A stretch of DNA of 64,000 nt from Monocercomonoides exilis PA203 (lineage: Eukaryota; Protista; Preaxostyla): NCBI GenBank assembly GCA_001643675.2, contig LSRY02000032.1:1126041-1190040 (forward strand), in the 5' to 3' direction. Positions 24,601 through 35,692 of the stretch are shown piece after piece (positions within the stretch are counted from its first letter, which is position 1; every line of letters begins with the position of its first letter). The position numbers were made by a program, and so were the translations under genes. Below the pieces are notes generated by a model, which saw only the letters and a program-made list of their open reading frames with translations, did no database searches and had not been told where the DNA came from.

Positions 24601-27600
24601 TATTTCACGCTTGGTGCAAAAAATAAAAGTGAAAGGGAAAAAAGATGGTTGCAAAAAAGATTTATCCAAAAAATCGAAGAAAAAAGAGAGGGAAGCAGAA
24701 AAATGTCAGTTGGAGTATCCTTTGTCCGAGACAGACATCACAATCATCTCGATCACATCGTCATCTGCAGTCACTCTTTCAGACAGAGGAAGCGAAGATG
24801 AGAATGTTGAAGCATTGTCTGTGCTTCCACACAAGAAGAATGCTCTAAAAGAGAAAAAGGCTGATGTTTATGGAAGAAAAGCTAAAAATGATTTTAAAGG
24901 CGAATCTGATTTTATTTCATTAAGTGCAGAGTCTTCTAAAAGTTTTGGTTTGGCAAAAGAAAGTGAAGAAAAAAGGAAGGAAAAGGATGGAAAACGAATA
25001 ACTAAAGAAAAAGAAGACGAATATTTGTCTGATGATGAGCCAGTTTCAGTGGATATTCAGGATGAAATAAAAGCGGAAGAAATTAGCAGAATCATCTTGT
25101 CATCTCTTTCAACACACAAATCAAAAACTAAACAAAAATACATCAAAATTCTATCTGAAAACACGCCAGGCAAAAAGAACTCTTCTTTTTCATTGCAACC
25201 AAATCAAAGTCAGTCTCAACTGGAAAACTCACAATTCACTTCATTCAAACCTTTGAAAACATCCTTTTTCCCTTCTTTTGAGCACAACACATCCAAAATG
25301 AGTGTGTCAACAGCAAATGCAGCATCCCCTGAGTCGCTTTATGTCATTCCATCTGTTTCATTCTCATCAAACATTCAGCAGGCAGCAGTTCCTTCTCTCT
25401 CTTCTTCTTTCCCTTTGGCTTCTTCGCCTGCCTCTTCTTCCTCAGAAAGCTCTCTTTTCGCTGATCTTTCAGAGGAACAGCTAAACACCTCCTCCATTTC
25501 TTCGTCTTCTGCCTCGAAGGGACCAATTAAACGATACTTTGTCGATTTGAGTGCGCCTCCCCAGTCGCTTTCTTATTCACCTCCTTCTCCTCTTTCCCCT
25601 GCTTCTCAGATGTCTGATGCTTTTGCTCCAAAAAGCAGCATAAAACAGTCTTCAAGCAATCTTTCTCTGTCTTCGTCTTTCTCATTCTCTGCAAATAATG
25701 CTACAGTTCTGAAGCCATCTTCCACCACGATTTTCATTCCAGCACCATCTTCCTCTTCTTCCTCATCAGTCTCTTCCTCTTCCTCTTCCTCTTCCTCTTC
25801 AACGTCCTCTCCTTCGCCTTCCTCATTCCACTCAAAGCTGTTTAACACCAACTCATTCAGAACAGCCCTTTCTCCAACAAAATCTTCTTCCTCTTCTCTT
25901 CCTCCTCAATCATCAGCAATTGACTCATCTGCCTCTGTTTCTTCTTTTTCCTCTTTGTCTTCAGCTTCGATAGTTGCAACAAATTCTGCTTCTTCTGCTT
26001 CTGCAACAACAACATCTTCTCCTTCTCCTTCTTTATCATCTTCATCATCTTCATCATCTACAACAACAACTTCTCCTTCGTCTGTCTCTTCTTCATCTCC
26101 TTCTCCTTCTCCTTCTTCTCTTCGAAGCATTCAGTTTCAGAGCCCTCTTCCTCGAACGAGAGACACCAGAAACAAATCTCCATTCCGTCAGCCTTCGCCA
26201 ACTGAACTTTTCTCTTCTGTTTCTTCTTCTTCCTCTTCCTCTTCCTCCTCCTCCTCTTCTTCTTCTTCTTCTTCTTCTTCTTCTTCTTCATTTTTTTCTT
26301 CTTCTCACAGAATGTCTCGTTCTGCTTCTCCAATTCATCTGTTCCACAACACAGCTGCACTTTCTTCTTCAACATATCAAGGGCCCTCTCTGTCTCCTCA
26401 ATACACTTCATCATCGCATTCTTCTTCTTCTTCTTCAAATTCTTCAAATTCTTCTTCTTTATTGCGTTCACTTTCTCCTTCTCCTCCTCTTTCTTATCCT
26501 TCTTCTTCTTCCGATTGCATCCCTCAAAATGCAACATCACCCTCTTTTCAGTCAAACATTCCAAAAAGAGCTATTTCTCCTCAGTCGCATTTTCAGCCTC
26601 TCAAACTTTCATCCACACATACTTCTCCAAACAGCTCTCCTTTTCATTCACGACAACCATCTTCTGCAGACACAATGACATCAAAGACAACTTCCAACAA
26701 TACTATTCCACCACCTCCTCCTCCCACTTCATCATCATCATCATCATCATCTTCTTCTTCTTCTTCTTCTTCTTCTTCTTCTTCTTCTTCTTCTTCTTCT
26801 TCTTCTTCTTCAATTCCTTTTGACTCAGCAGTGTCGTCTGTCAAACTGAGGAGATCTCAAAAAGTTCCTCCATTGAAATTGAACCAGGCGCAAAATTCAT
26901 TTTCTTCTTCTTCTTCTTCAGCAAATGCTTCATTTAGTCCATCTTCTTCATTCACAAACACTCCAAATCATTCAACTGATCTGTTTTCAAAGCATTCTGC
27001 TTTCCTTTCTTCTGCTTCTCTGCGCCGTCGTTCGATCACCCCTCCTCCTCGTCCAACTGGCTTCAAGTCAGTTCTTCCTTCTCCTTTTGCTCCTTCCTCT
27101 CAAAACAAGAACACACAAAATTCTCAGCTTCAAAAAATAGATGCGATATCAGATGCTCATTCAATGAATACGTTCCACAGCTATTCGCAGAGCACAACAC
27201 CTCGTTCTGTTGTCATTCCACCCACACCTCCTCGATCAAGAAACACGTCTCCAAGAGAAGAGAACATGAGAGTCACTCTGCAGTCATCGCCTGATGCATA
27301 TTCTCTACCATCACAAGCATCAACAACTATTTCATCAACAACTATACCATCAAATACTAATGCAGCCACAACTAATACAATGTTAACTAATTCAACTGCT
27401 ATAGCAACATCTCCAACTGCGTGCACTCCAAGCAATTCATCAACAACTTTATCTCCATTGTCGCTTAACACTCCGCAAACAACACCTCTTTTTTCATCAA
27501 TAACACCTCATCCACACCTCTCAACAACAATCACACGCCCAACTTTTTCTAACACTTTTGCAATTCCTCATTCACTGCACAAAAAGCTTGCCAAAAGAGA

Positions 27601-28447
27601 AAGGAAAAGGAAACTCAGACTGTCAATGAAAGAAGAATATGCAAATGAAAATGGTTTTGCTGAGGCAACAAAGCTTGTTCTGTGCAATGATGCGTTGATT
27701 GTGCTGTCTCTTGAGCCAGCACACCGAATGCATCCATTCAAAAGGATAATCAATCTGAGATATGTTGACTGGTTTGAAGTGGTTGATGGAGAAGGGGAAG
27801 ACAAAAGACTCAAAGAAGATGAAGAGAAGAGGAGAGCTATGTTGGCACACAAAGAAAGAAGATGGACAAAAGGAATGGAACAACAGGATGAAGATGAGAC
27901 AAGTGAAAGTTACGAAAGAAAGAAAGAGGAAGAGAAAAGCGAAAGCAGTTTTGAACTTGTTGGAAGCAATTTGTATCTGTTTCGTATGTGTGTTGTGGTG
28001 GAATCACAGAAGACGGACATGTCATTTGCAGATAAAACAGGAAAAAATAAGCAAAACTCACGTGAAAAGAAATATCATTTCGAAGATCTTAATGATTCTT
28101 CATTTGGATATTCATCCCATTCAAAATATGATGATTATCGGTCGCAAAGTCGTTCTTTTACAAAGCTTTCTCATCTTCATTCACATGCTCGTCATCTTCA
28201 TGAATCTAAGTCATATTCTCATTTGTATTCTCCCTCATCTTCCGAGTGTTCTTCTGATCCTTCGTCTGATTCTTCGCCAAAACAGAAAGGTAAACTTCGA
28301 AAGAATCTTTGTCCATTTTGTTTTCGCTTATTTTCCTTCTCTTTTCCATCGAAAGAAGAACTTCATCGTTTTGCTTGGAGTTTCAGTGATGTCGTGAAGG
28401 AGCTGAGAGTGCGTGCCAGAAAAGAAGCTGAAATGAAGCGGTTTTAG
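18613..28447 (+). CDS. Tandem DH-PH Rho guanine nucleotide exchange factor (~3,210 aa); exons 18613-19392 and 19595-28447
   Basis: Splicing the 202-nt phase-0 intron GTATGC(19393)..CAG(19594) rebuilds a Dbl-homology start, ERQFALREILNMEQVFIEQMNHLII|YYKMPL...DLRVLFRNV, ending LSTYLAYPVQHVVRYQLHLEKL. Second DH: LLQNEENYVEQLKNIETFFYRPL...DIRSVFNSL...MLQLPLNRLSMY. PH-like strands VVVFNDALML and LVLCNDALIV, with a C-terminal FSFPSKEELHRF helix. Confidence 0.88.
26728..26811 (+). repeat. (TCA)n(TCT)n trinucleotide microsatellite encoding a run of about 28 Ser
   Basis: Directly visible. A similar (TCA)n(TCT)n tract lies at ~19868-19924. Confidence 0.9.
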
Positions 28448-28973
28448 ATGAATGTCTGAATAGATGGTTATTTTTATGCATTTGAAAGATTGCATTGTGT
28501 TTTTGTAATTTCAGTTTTCGAATATGTTTATGATAAAGTTTTAATTGCCTGTAACTGTTTATTTAATTGTTCTCCAATTTATAATCTTTTTGAATTGAAT
28601 TTTGACTAGTTTTATTTTAATTAATTGGATTGAATGGTAAAGTATTGTTTATGTGATGTCTTTCTTGTTTGTAGATGAAATGATTCATAAAAATTTTTTG
28701 TATGTTTTTTTCCTAATTATGATTATTAAATTTTATGTGAAGTTTGTTTGAAAGTCAGTTTCGCTACACATTACAATTGAAAGAATATTTCAATTTTATA
28801 ATCATATGTTGATCTGAATGGTCTTTTCATAATGTTCTTTAATTTCTACGGAAAATTGCTTTTTTATATTGATTGCCCTAACGCCTTTTTTTCATTTTCT
28901 TCTTGCTTTCCATTTCTATTTTTTCGATGAGATTTAAAAAACAAGATTTTCAATCTCTCCGAACGAGAACTTG

Positions 28974-29067
28974 TTCAGAATTGCAATGTGTGTTGTGTAT
29001 TCGAAGTGGATATGACATAAAACGCTGAGGCCCAGCAACTAATGCCGGGCACAAATGCAATTCTGAA
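28974..29067. other. Candidate structured non-coding element (multi-stem fold), unassigned
   Basis: Perfect 12-bp closing stem TTCAGAATTGCA(28974-85)/TGCAATTCTGAA(29056-67) encloses a GC-rich hairpin GCCCAGCA-ACTAA-TGCCGGGC and a second G-U-rich hairpin. Confidence 0.4.
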
Positions 29068-29579
29068 AACACAAAATGATGGAATAATCATTGGATGTGA
29101 ATAAAAAAAGTTAAAATATCAAAAAAGAAAGTTAAAAATCAAAAAAATAGAAAAATGACTGACAGAAAAATCAATACTTTAATCTTCAAGTAACCAAAAT
29201 CTTAAAATGTCACCCAAAAAGTTAGATAAAAAAAAGAAGGGCTTGTTTGTTTCTCACAAGAATTTGGGCAGCAAAAAAAGATAAAACTTAAGTCCCTTCA
29301 TGCAACAATGTCACAGCATTCAAAATGCTCATAAAGTTTAACTCTTTTCCAGAGCTCTTCAAATGTCAGCTGTTGTGCCAGTGCTGTTGAGTGGGTGTGA
29401 GTGACAGAATGCATTCGGGGGTGATTGTGAGTGTGTGTGTACGTGTGGTTGATGAGACTAAGTGATGTTGTGTGTAGAGGTGTAAAAATGTGAATGGATA
29501 TTTTCAACAGCTTTCCAAAATTTACAGGTTACAGTTTATAAATGCTCCTTTATTTCTCTCTTGAACTCTTTCATTCATC

Positions 29580-29665
29580 GTTAAAGAATAAAAGGTTGTT
29601 TGATGTTAAACTCTTTTTTACAAACAAATTAATTCTATCATCAAACATAGCCTTTATTCTTTAAC
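29580..29665. repeat. Imperfect inverted repeat (~26-bp stem hairpin)
   Basis: GTTAAAGAATAAAAGGTTGTTTGATG (29580-29605) versus CATCAAACATAGCCTTTATTCTTTAAC (29639-29665). Confidence 0.7.
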
Positions 29666-29993
29666 ATAATAGTGAAGCATTCCTTCTTAATATTTCACAT
29701 GTTCAAAGGCAACGTCATTCATATCAAAAAGGATCAATCAATTAAAAGGATTTCCATTCATTTATCTTCACAAGCAAAAATAGTGGAATTAATTTCTTTT
29801 CTTAAACTTTTGCATAAAGTCCAATTCACATTTTCATAATTTCTCTTTCTCTTTTTATGATTTATTTTAAATATTCTCTTCCATCCCTTCTCCTTCACCC
29901 CATTTCCTCCTCCCTCTTTCCCTTTCTCTTCCTCTCTCTCTCTCTCTCTCTTCTTCCCCCTTCCTCTCTCATCTCCTCCACTTCCCTCCCGCT

Positions 29994-32835
29994 TTACTTC
30001 CCATCAGCCCCAAACAGTGCCAGTATCCCAGGTGTCAGCTGCTCTCCACAGCGCGCACACACAAACGTATCCGCGTCTGCAAACAGCTTCTCTTCTTCGG
30101 GGGTTGGGAACAGCGCCAGAATCAAGTTGAACACAAACTGGATCTCCATCTTCAAGTTCTTCACTGCCTGTGCCGGGTTGTCTGTGTCCATCCGAATCAG
30201 CGTCGGGGCAAAGATAAGCGCCAAGTTGGAGCCGTTCATTCTGTTCGCATCGACATTCGCTGGATTCGCAATCACTCGCAAAAAGCGGCAGAGATACTTC
30301 AGCAGAATTCGGTTTGTCTCTGGAATGGCTGTCTCCACAAAGTTCACACACGCAGCCTGCTCAGATGCTACTGATAGAGCAGACTGGTACAGCGTGAAGG
30401 GAATCAGCGGATCAGTCAGCCTCTTCAGCCATGTCTTCAGCAGCACAGCATACAGATGCGGGTTCTGTGACTGGAGAGTGTAGAGTCCCTTGTTGATTTG
30501 GTTGACGGACTGCTCTGTCTCATCGATGGTGATGCACTTTCGGAACACGCCTTCGCACTGCAGCCCATTCACGCTCATCAGCCGTATTGCCAAGTACACG
30601 CACACAATTGGCACAGGAATGTCTGCCTCGCTCTTGACGCTGATGGCAGACAGGATTTCGTCTCTCTCTTCAGGTGTCAGCACGCGGATGGCTTCTGACG
30701 AAGAGGGAGACGAGGAAGGTTTCAGCGATGCAGACGCAGATGCAGACAAAGACGAAGAGGAAGAGGAAGACGATGGCGGAGGAGCAGAGTAAACGAAGTG
30801 TTGTGTTTGCTGGCGGAGGAGGATTTCGTTCAGGGAGCACGAAAAGACCCGTTTTGTTGATGTGATGTCGGTCAGTTCGCTCACCCGCTCGTCGCTCACT
30901 TTGTCTCGCCCTCTTCCTTTGCCTTCGCCTCCAAACAGAGTCGTGTTCTGCAGTCTGTTCAGCGCATACTGTGCAAGAACACTCACTTTGGTCAGATGGT
31001 TCGTCAACTCCTCTTCCCGCCCTTTCTCAAACATCTTCTTTGCACCTTTATCAGCAGAGGAAGAAGAAGGAGATGTCGATGATGACTGCGCTTGCTGCTC
31101 TGCGTCTGCCTCAGCTGCTGCTGCTGCCTCTGCCTGCTTGCTCTTCTCGTCTCCTCCCAAATCATCCCCGTTTTCCATTGCCTTGTCCAGATGTGATAGA
31201 AGCGTCTTTTCCAAATCGCGTGTTGGAGAGAATGAGTCACAGCACAGAATCATCAGCTGCCAGCCACGCTCAATCGCATCCATCTGTTCTCTCTCTTCCT
31301 TCAGTCGTTTTTCTCTCTCCTTCTCCTTCTCCTCTTTCTCTTTCTCTTTCCCTTCCTCTCTTTTCCCTTGTAGGACGCGTCTGAGTGCTGGCGTCGGGTT
31401 CGTCTGTTTGCACAGCTGCAGGAATATCTCGTCTCTCAGCTCAGGTGTCGATGTACCCCTTCCCACAATCCGCTGTGCTGCCATCTTCATCCCAAGCGTC
31501 ACCACGGGCACCGATGATGACGTCGAGTGATTGGACTGTGAGTTTGATTTCTCTTTCCCTTGTTTCAGTCCTGTGTACATCAGGATATCTTCGAAGTTCT
31601 TCAGCGCATCCTTTGCGATGTTCTTGTTCCTTTTCACATCACGCAAAAGAGGCTTCGACAGCGTGTCTTTCTGAAACGCCATCAGCTCGTCAATCGGAAT
31701 CGCCTTCTTCAGAAACAGAAATCCAGTTTGATGCCTCGCAAAATGCTCCTTTGCAAACCCCTCAATTTTGAATGAATGGATCTCTGCCTTCAGATTCGGG
31801 GGCAGCATTCGCAGAGGCGCTCCTGTAACTCCTCCACCGCTGGCAAGCAGCGAAGAAGATGTCATCCCCACACGCAATGTTTGTGCCCCATTTCCAACTG
31901 CTGGTGGGACAGAATGCCTTGCCCTTTGAGGGGTTGGCAGTGTGTTGTATCCCCCCATCGACATTGAGCGGTCACTGTCCGTTGAACCTCTTTGTTCGCT
32001 TGGCAGTGCGGTTGGAATGAGTGATACAGTGCCTGGCAAACTTGTTTCATAAGATACGTGGTGTTGTGCTGGAAGAGCTGTTGGAGATAAAACTGCAGGA
32101 CTTTGTATGTTTGTTGATTTTGTATCCTCAATTGGCTGTGTGTGCTGAGCATCAGAAACTGAATTAGAATTAGAAGATGAAGAAGAAATCTGCTCCGCTA
32201 ATTGAACGGTGTTGTTCTCTTGATCTGTTGTTGTGAGAACAGTTGGAGTGGAGGATTTTGAAGGAGTGGAAGAATGGACAGGTGTAGTGGGAGTTGATTC
32301 TCGCTCTGGATGTGCTGAATGAGTTTGCCGTGGTGATGATGTTGTGGATGAAGATTTTTTAGATGTTTCTAACAAAAATAATTAAGAAAATAAATGAATC
32401 GAAAATATATAAATAATATGTTCTAACTTGTTCCTGAATCTTCTGTAGGGAATTTCCAGGTAGATTTTTGTAATGCCTTATTAACGTAATATTTCCTCTT
32501 TGTTTTTTCATCAAATTTAACTTCAAAATTATATTTTTAAAACAAAAATTTCTTTTTTGTACTTGATCATCTCAAACCTTCCCAGCCTGGAGGAAGCTTA
32601 GGCTGTTCTTCTTCAATTATTTCTTTTTTGGTGTGTTCCTGCGCTGGCGATTCTTCTTTCTTTGGCTTATCCCAGGATACAGCCTTTGTTTTAACATGAT
32701 AATCTTTGTGTCAAAGTTCGAGTAATTAATTGAATCAAATCTCAATATAGCTCTAAATAATAATTGCATACAATATGTACGCTTTGTATTTGGATCTACT
32801 GCTGACTTCCAATCGGGAGGTAAATCTTGATCCAT
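29994..32835 (-). CDS. WW-WW-MyTH4-RhoGAP protein (ARHGAP39/Vilse-like architecture, ~885 aa); exons 32835-32772, 32703-32578, 32520-32428, 32368-29994
   Basis: Three short introns (68, 57, 59 nt) rebuild two WW domains: LPPDWKSAVDPNTKRTYYYHVKTKAVSWDKP and LPPGWEVKFDEKTKRKYYVNKALQKSTWKFP. MyTH4 motifs: LSKPLL, ELRDEIFLQLCKQT, RGWQLMILCCDSFSP. RhoGAP motifs: EGVFRK with arginine finger, LLKTWLKRLTDPLIP, NRMNGSNLALIFAPTL. Confidence 0.92.
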
Positions 32836-33155
32836 TTTGTTTTAAAAATGAGCAAGAGTAAAGGTATACTCGATCAACATTTGATCAATTTTGTCGAGAA
32901 TATAAAATTAAATATAAACATAAACAGGATGTTGATTATTGAAATAAACTGATAAAAGCTTAATATAATAAGTTTATTCTCCTCTCAGAAACCTTTCGAA
33001 AAATGAAAAAGTGATGACAGTTGTTTTGAAGAATTTTTTGAAAGAAATTATGATCGAAAACTGCTTTTATAACTATTTTCTGTTTGATCTTTGATGTTTG
33101 GAATTTTTATTGTCATTTATTCTCTCCAAACGATCTGTGTATAATTTTTTTAAAA

Positions 33156-33986
33156 ATGCTCTTTTTTGTTGGTTTGCTTTCATTTAATGGAATTGTAATT
33201 TTGCATTTGAAGGTTAAAATCATTGTCAATGCATTTTGTATATATTCTTAATAATTATAGTATTTTTTATAATTTGTTTGATTGTTCAATCAAATGAGGA
33301 TGTTGATAAATTGTTAATTTCTGGGTTAAATGAAGAAAAAGCCATGAAAATATCGGAGGCTATTCGCATATATAAAGATGCCATTTCGTTCATTGAGGAG
33401 TCTACTCGTGATGCATCACCTGAAGAAAAAGAATTGGCAAATGGCTTGTGAAAATTATCTTAATGCATTGAAATAATTTATTATAATCAATAATTGACTA
33501 TCGTATGATCATTTAGGAAAAATAAATTATATTAATAAACATTGTGCTCAACTTCTATCTGAACATAGTTTACAAGAGCCGTCAAATGAGAAATCAGATT
33601 CTCAATATAGTATTGATGAAAGTGAGGATCAAGATACAGCAATTTTAGATGATGTTACCGAAGAAATGCAACGAGAAAATCAAGATTTTTCAGAACCAGG
33701 TGAATCAATGAAGGAGAACACAGAAGATTTTGAGAATAACTTCATATCTGGAAGAATACCAAAAGCTTCAAAATTTAAATTTTTGAATAAACGATATAAA
33801 ATTGGTCATTATTTCGCATCAGCTGCGAAATCTGTTGTGAACGCAGTGAAAGAAGTGAATCAAGAATATAAAATTACTGAAACAATTGCAAATGGAGCTA
33901 AAAAGACAGTAAATACAGTGGGCAATGGAATATCAAAGGTTATACCATTGAGAGAACGAAAGAATAACACAAATAAAGAACTTTGA
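33156..33986 (+). CDS. Small protein with predicted signal peptide, MIT-like helical domain and C-terminal NKEL (~222 aa); exons 33156-33171, 33261-33443, 33517-33986
   Basis: Introns GTTTGC(33172)..TAG(33260) and GCTTGT(33444)..TAG(33516) give one continuous frame: MLFFVVFFIICLIVQSNEDVDKLLISGLNEEKAMKISEAIRIYKDAISFIEE...EEKELANGKINYINKHCAQLL. This frame joins track ORFs 33236 and 33666. Confidence 0.6.
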
Positions 33987-34144
33987 ATTGACAACTATTT
34001 ATTCATGTTTTAGATTACATTTTTAAAAGTTACATAACTTTTTAAAAATGTTTCACGTTATTATTTATGTTCTACTTCATTTTTGTGGTTTTGAAAACAC
34101 AACGTGTCATTATATTTTAATTTTTAATATTTTTTTTGCGTCTT

Positions 34145-34148
<4 letters not shown>

Positions 34149-34178
<30 letters not shown>
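34149..34178. repeat. Poly-T tract (30 nt)
   Basis: Directly visible homopolymer. Confidence 0.95.
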
Positions 34179-34180
<2 letters not shown>

Positions 34181-34345
34181 GAATAAAATAAAAATATTTT
34201 TAAAAACAGTGTTTGACTTCAAATATTTCGAATAATGAATCGGTGGTTTATTTTAAAGAAAACATAAGTGATATTATTTTTTTATAAAAAAATGTTCTTT
34301 TATCAAACTTTGAAAATCCATTCGAAAATAAAATGCTTTCATTGG

Positions 34346-35345
34346 GTCAACTTTTTAATGGGACTTTTTTCTTTATTGGCACTTTTTTGTTTTTGCACGC
34401 CAATCATTCAAAAAAGCTAGATGGACCTCAACACTCGGACGAGGGTGCTGATAAAACAAATTCATTAAATTACCGGTTTGTTTTTTAAATTTTGTTTAAT
34501 TTTCGTAGAGATACAGCAATTTTTAATTTATTTTGAAGTGACTTTTTTCAGCCGAAGAAGCGTTTCACAAATTTTTGAAATATATTTTTTAAAACTACTA
34601 GCATTTTCCTTTTAATATTCAAAATCTTAAGTTTAACAACTTGTTTTTTCTTCATTTTTTCACATTTCAATTTTTAATCAACATGCGAATACATTTTTGA
34701 AAATATCTTTGTTATTAAAATGAAATGTTAAAAATAAAAAAATGATATGAAAAATTCACACTCTAATAAAGAAGTGTGGAAAAGGTTGGACTGAAAATGA
34801 TTTTTTTTATCTCACACAGGTGAATGGTCACAACATTGAATGATCTGAGATAAAACTTATTCTATTTTAATGTGTTGAAAGCAAATAGAAAATTTTAATG
34901 TTCACCCTTTTCCACACTTCTTTATTAGAGTGTGAATTTTTCATATCATTTTTTTATTTTTAACATTTCATTTTAATAACAAAGATATTTTCAAAAATGT
35001 ATTCGCATGTTGATTAAAAATTGAAATGTGAAAAAATGAAGAAAAAACAAGTTGTTAAACTTAAGATTTTGAATATTAAAAGGAAAATGCTAGTAGTTTT
35101 AAAAAATATATTTCAAAAATTTGTGAAACGCTTCTTCGGCTGAAAAAAGTCACTTCAAAATAAATTAAAAATTGCTGTATCTCTACGAAAATTAAACAAA
35201 ATTTAAAAAACAAACCGGTAATTTAATGAATTTGTTTTATCAGCACCCTCGTCCGAGTGTTGAGGTCCATCTAGCTTTTTTGAATGATTGGCGTGCAAAA
35301 ACAAAAAAGTGCCAATAAAGAAAAAAGTCCCATTAAAAAGTTGAC
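34346..35345. repeat. Long inverted repeat: 440-bp arms (34346-34785 / 34906-35345) with a 120-nt spacer
   Basis: The arms read as exact reverse complements by eye (GTCAACTTTTTAATGGGAC... / ...GTCCCATTAAAAAGTTGAC). Paired coordinates have a constant sum, so there is no net indel. Confidence 0.95.
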
Positions 35346-35692
35346 ACTAGTATCATTTTTTTCGAGATAGGAAATTTTGTATAAAACTTGTCACAATAAC
35401 AGAATTATTATCATCAGTTATGGTTGAATTAAAAAGAAAAAATTAATATTCAATTGGTTGTTTTGTAAAAGTTTTTGCTTCAAAAATTCTCATGATCAAA
35501 TAATTTTTGCTGAATGATATTTTATAGCATAATAAATGACACAAATAATATGAACTAACTTCGATGAGAGATGATCTAATAAACACAAAATGGTGAGATA
35601 TATCAAAAATTTCAGAATTAATATAACTTTATTTTCAAAAAATTAACATCATGGATAAAAAAAAAAGCACACTAAAAATATTTCCTTAAAAA

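Noticed and set aside
28974-29067. TPP riboswitch, hammerhead ribozyme, SECIS, tRNA-Sec or SRP RNA identity for the folded element
   Set aside because: Only fragments match (CTGAG, TAATGCC, GCCGGGC, TTCGAA). The required cores, such as CUGAUGA..GAAA, the TPP P2/P4 helices, a cloverleaf or the SECIS quartet geometry, are missing.
29298-29507. 69-aa His/Thr-rich ORF
   Set aside because: It derives from a CA/TG-rich low-complexity tract in the probable 3'UTR region and lacks an ATG start.
35341-35352. CTAG|T after the palindrome as a Helitron 3' end
   Set aside because: No GC-rich subterminal hairpin at the expected distance and no identifiable 5' TC end or Rep/helicase sequence.
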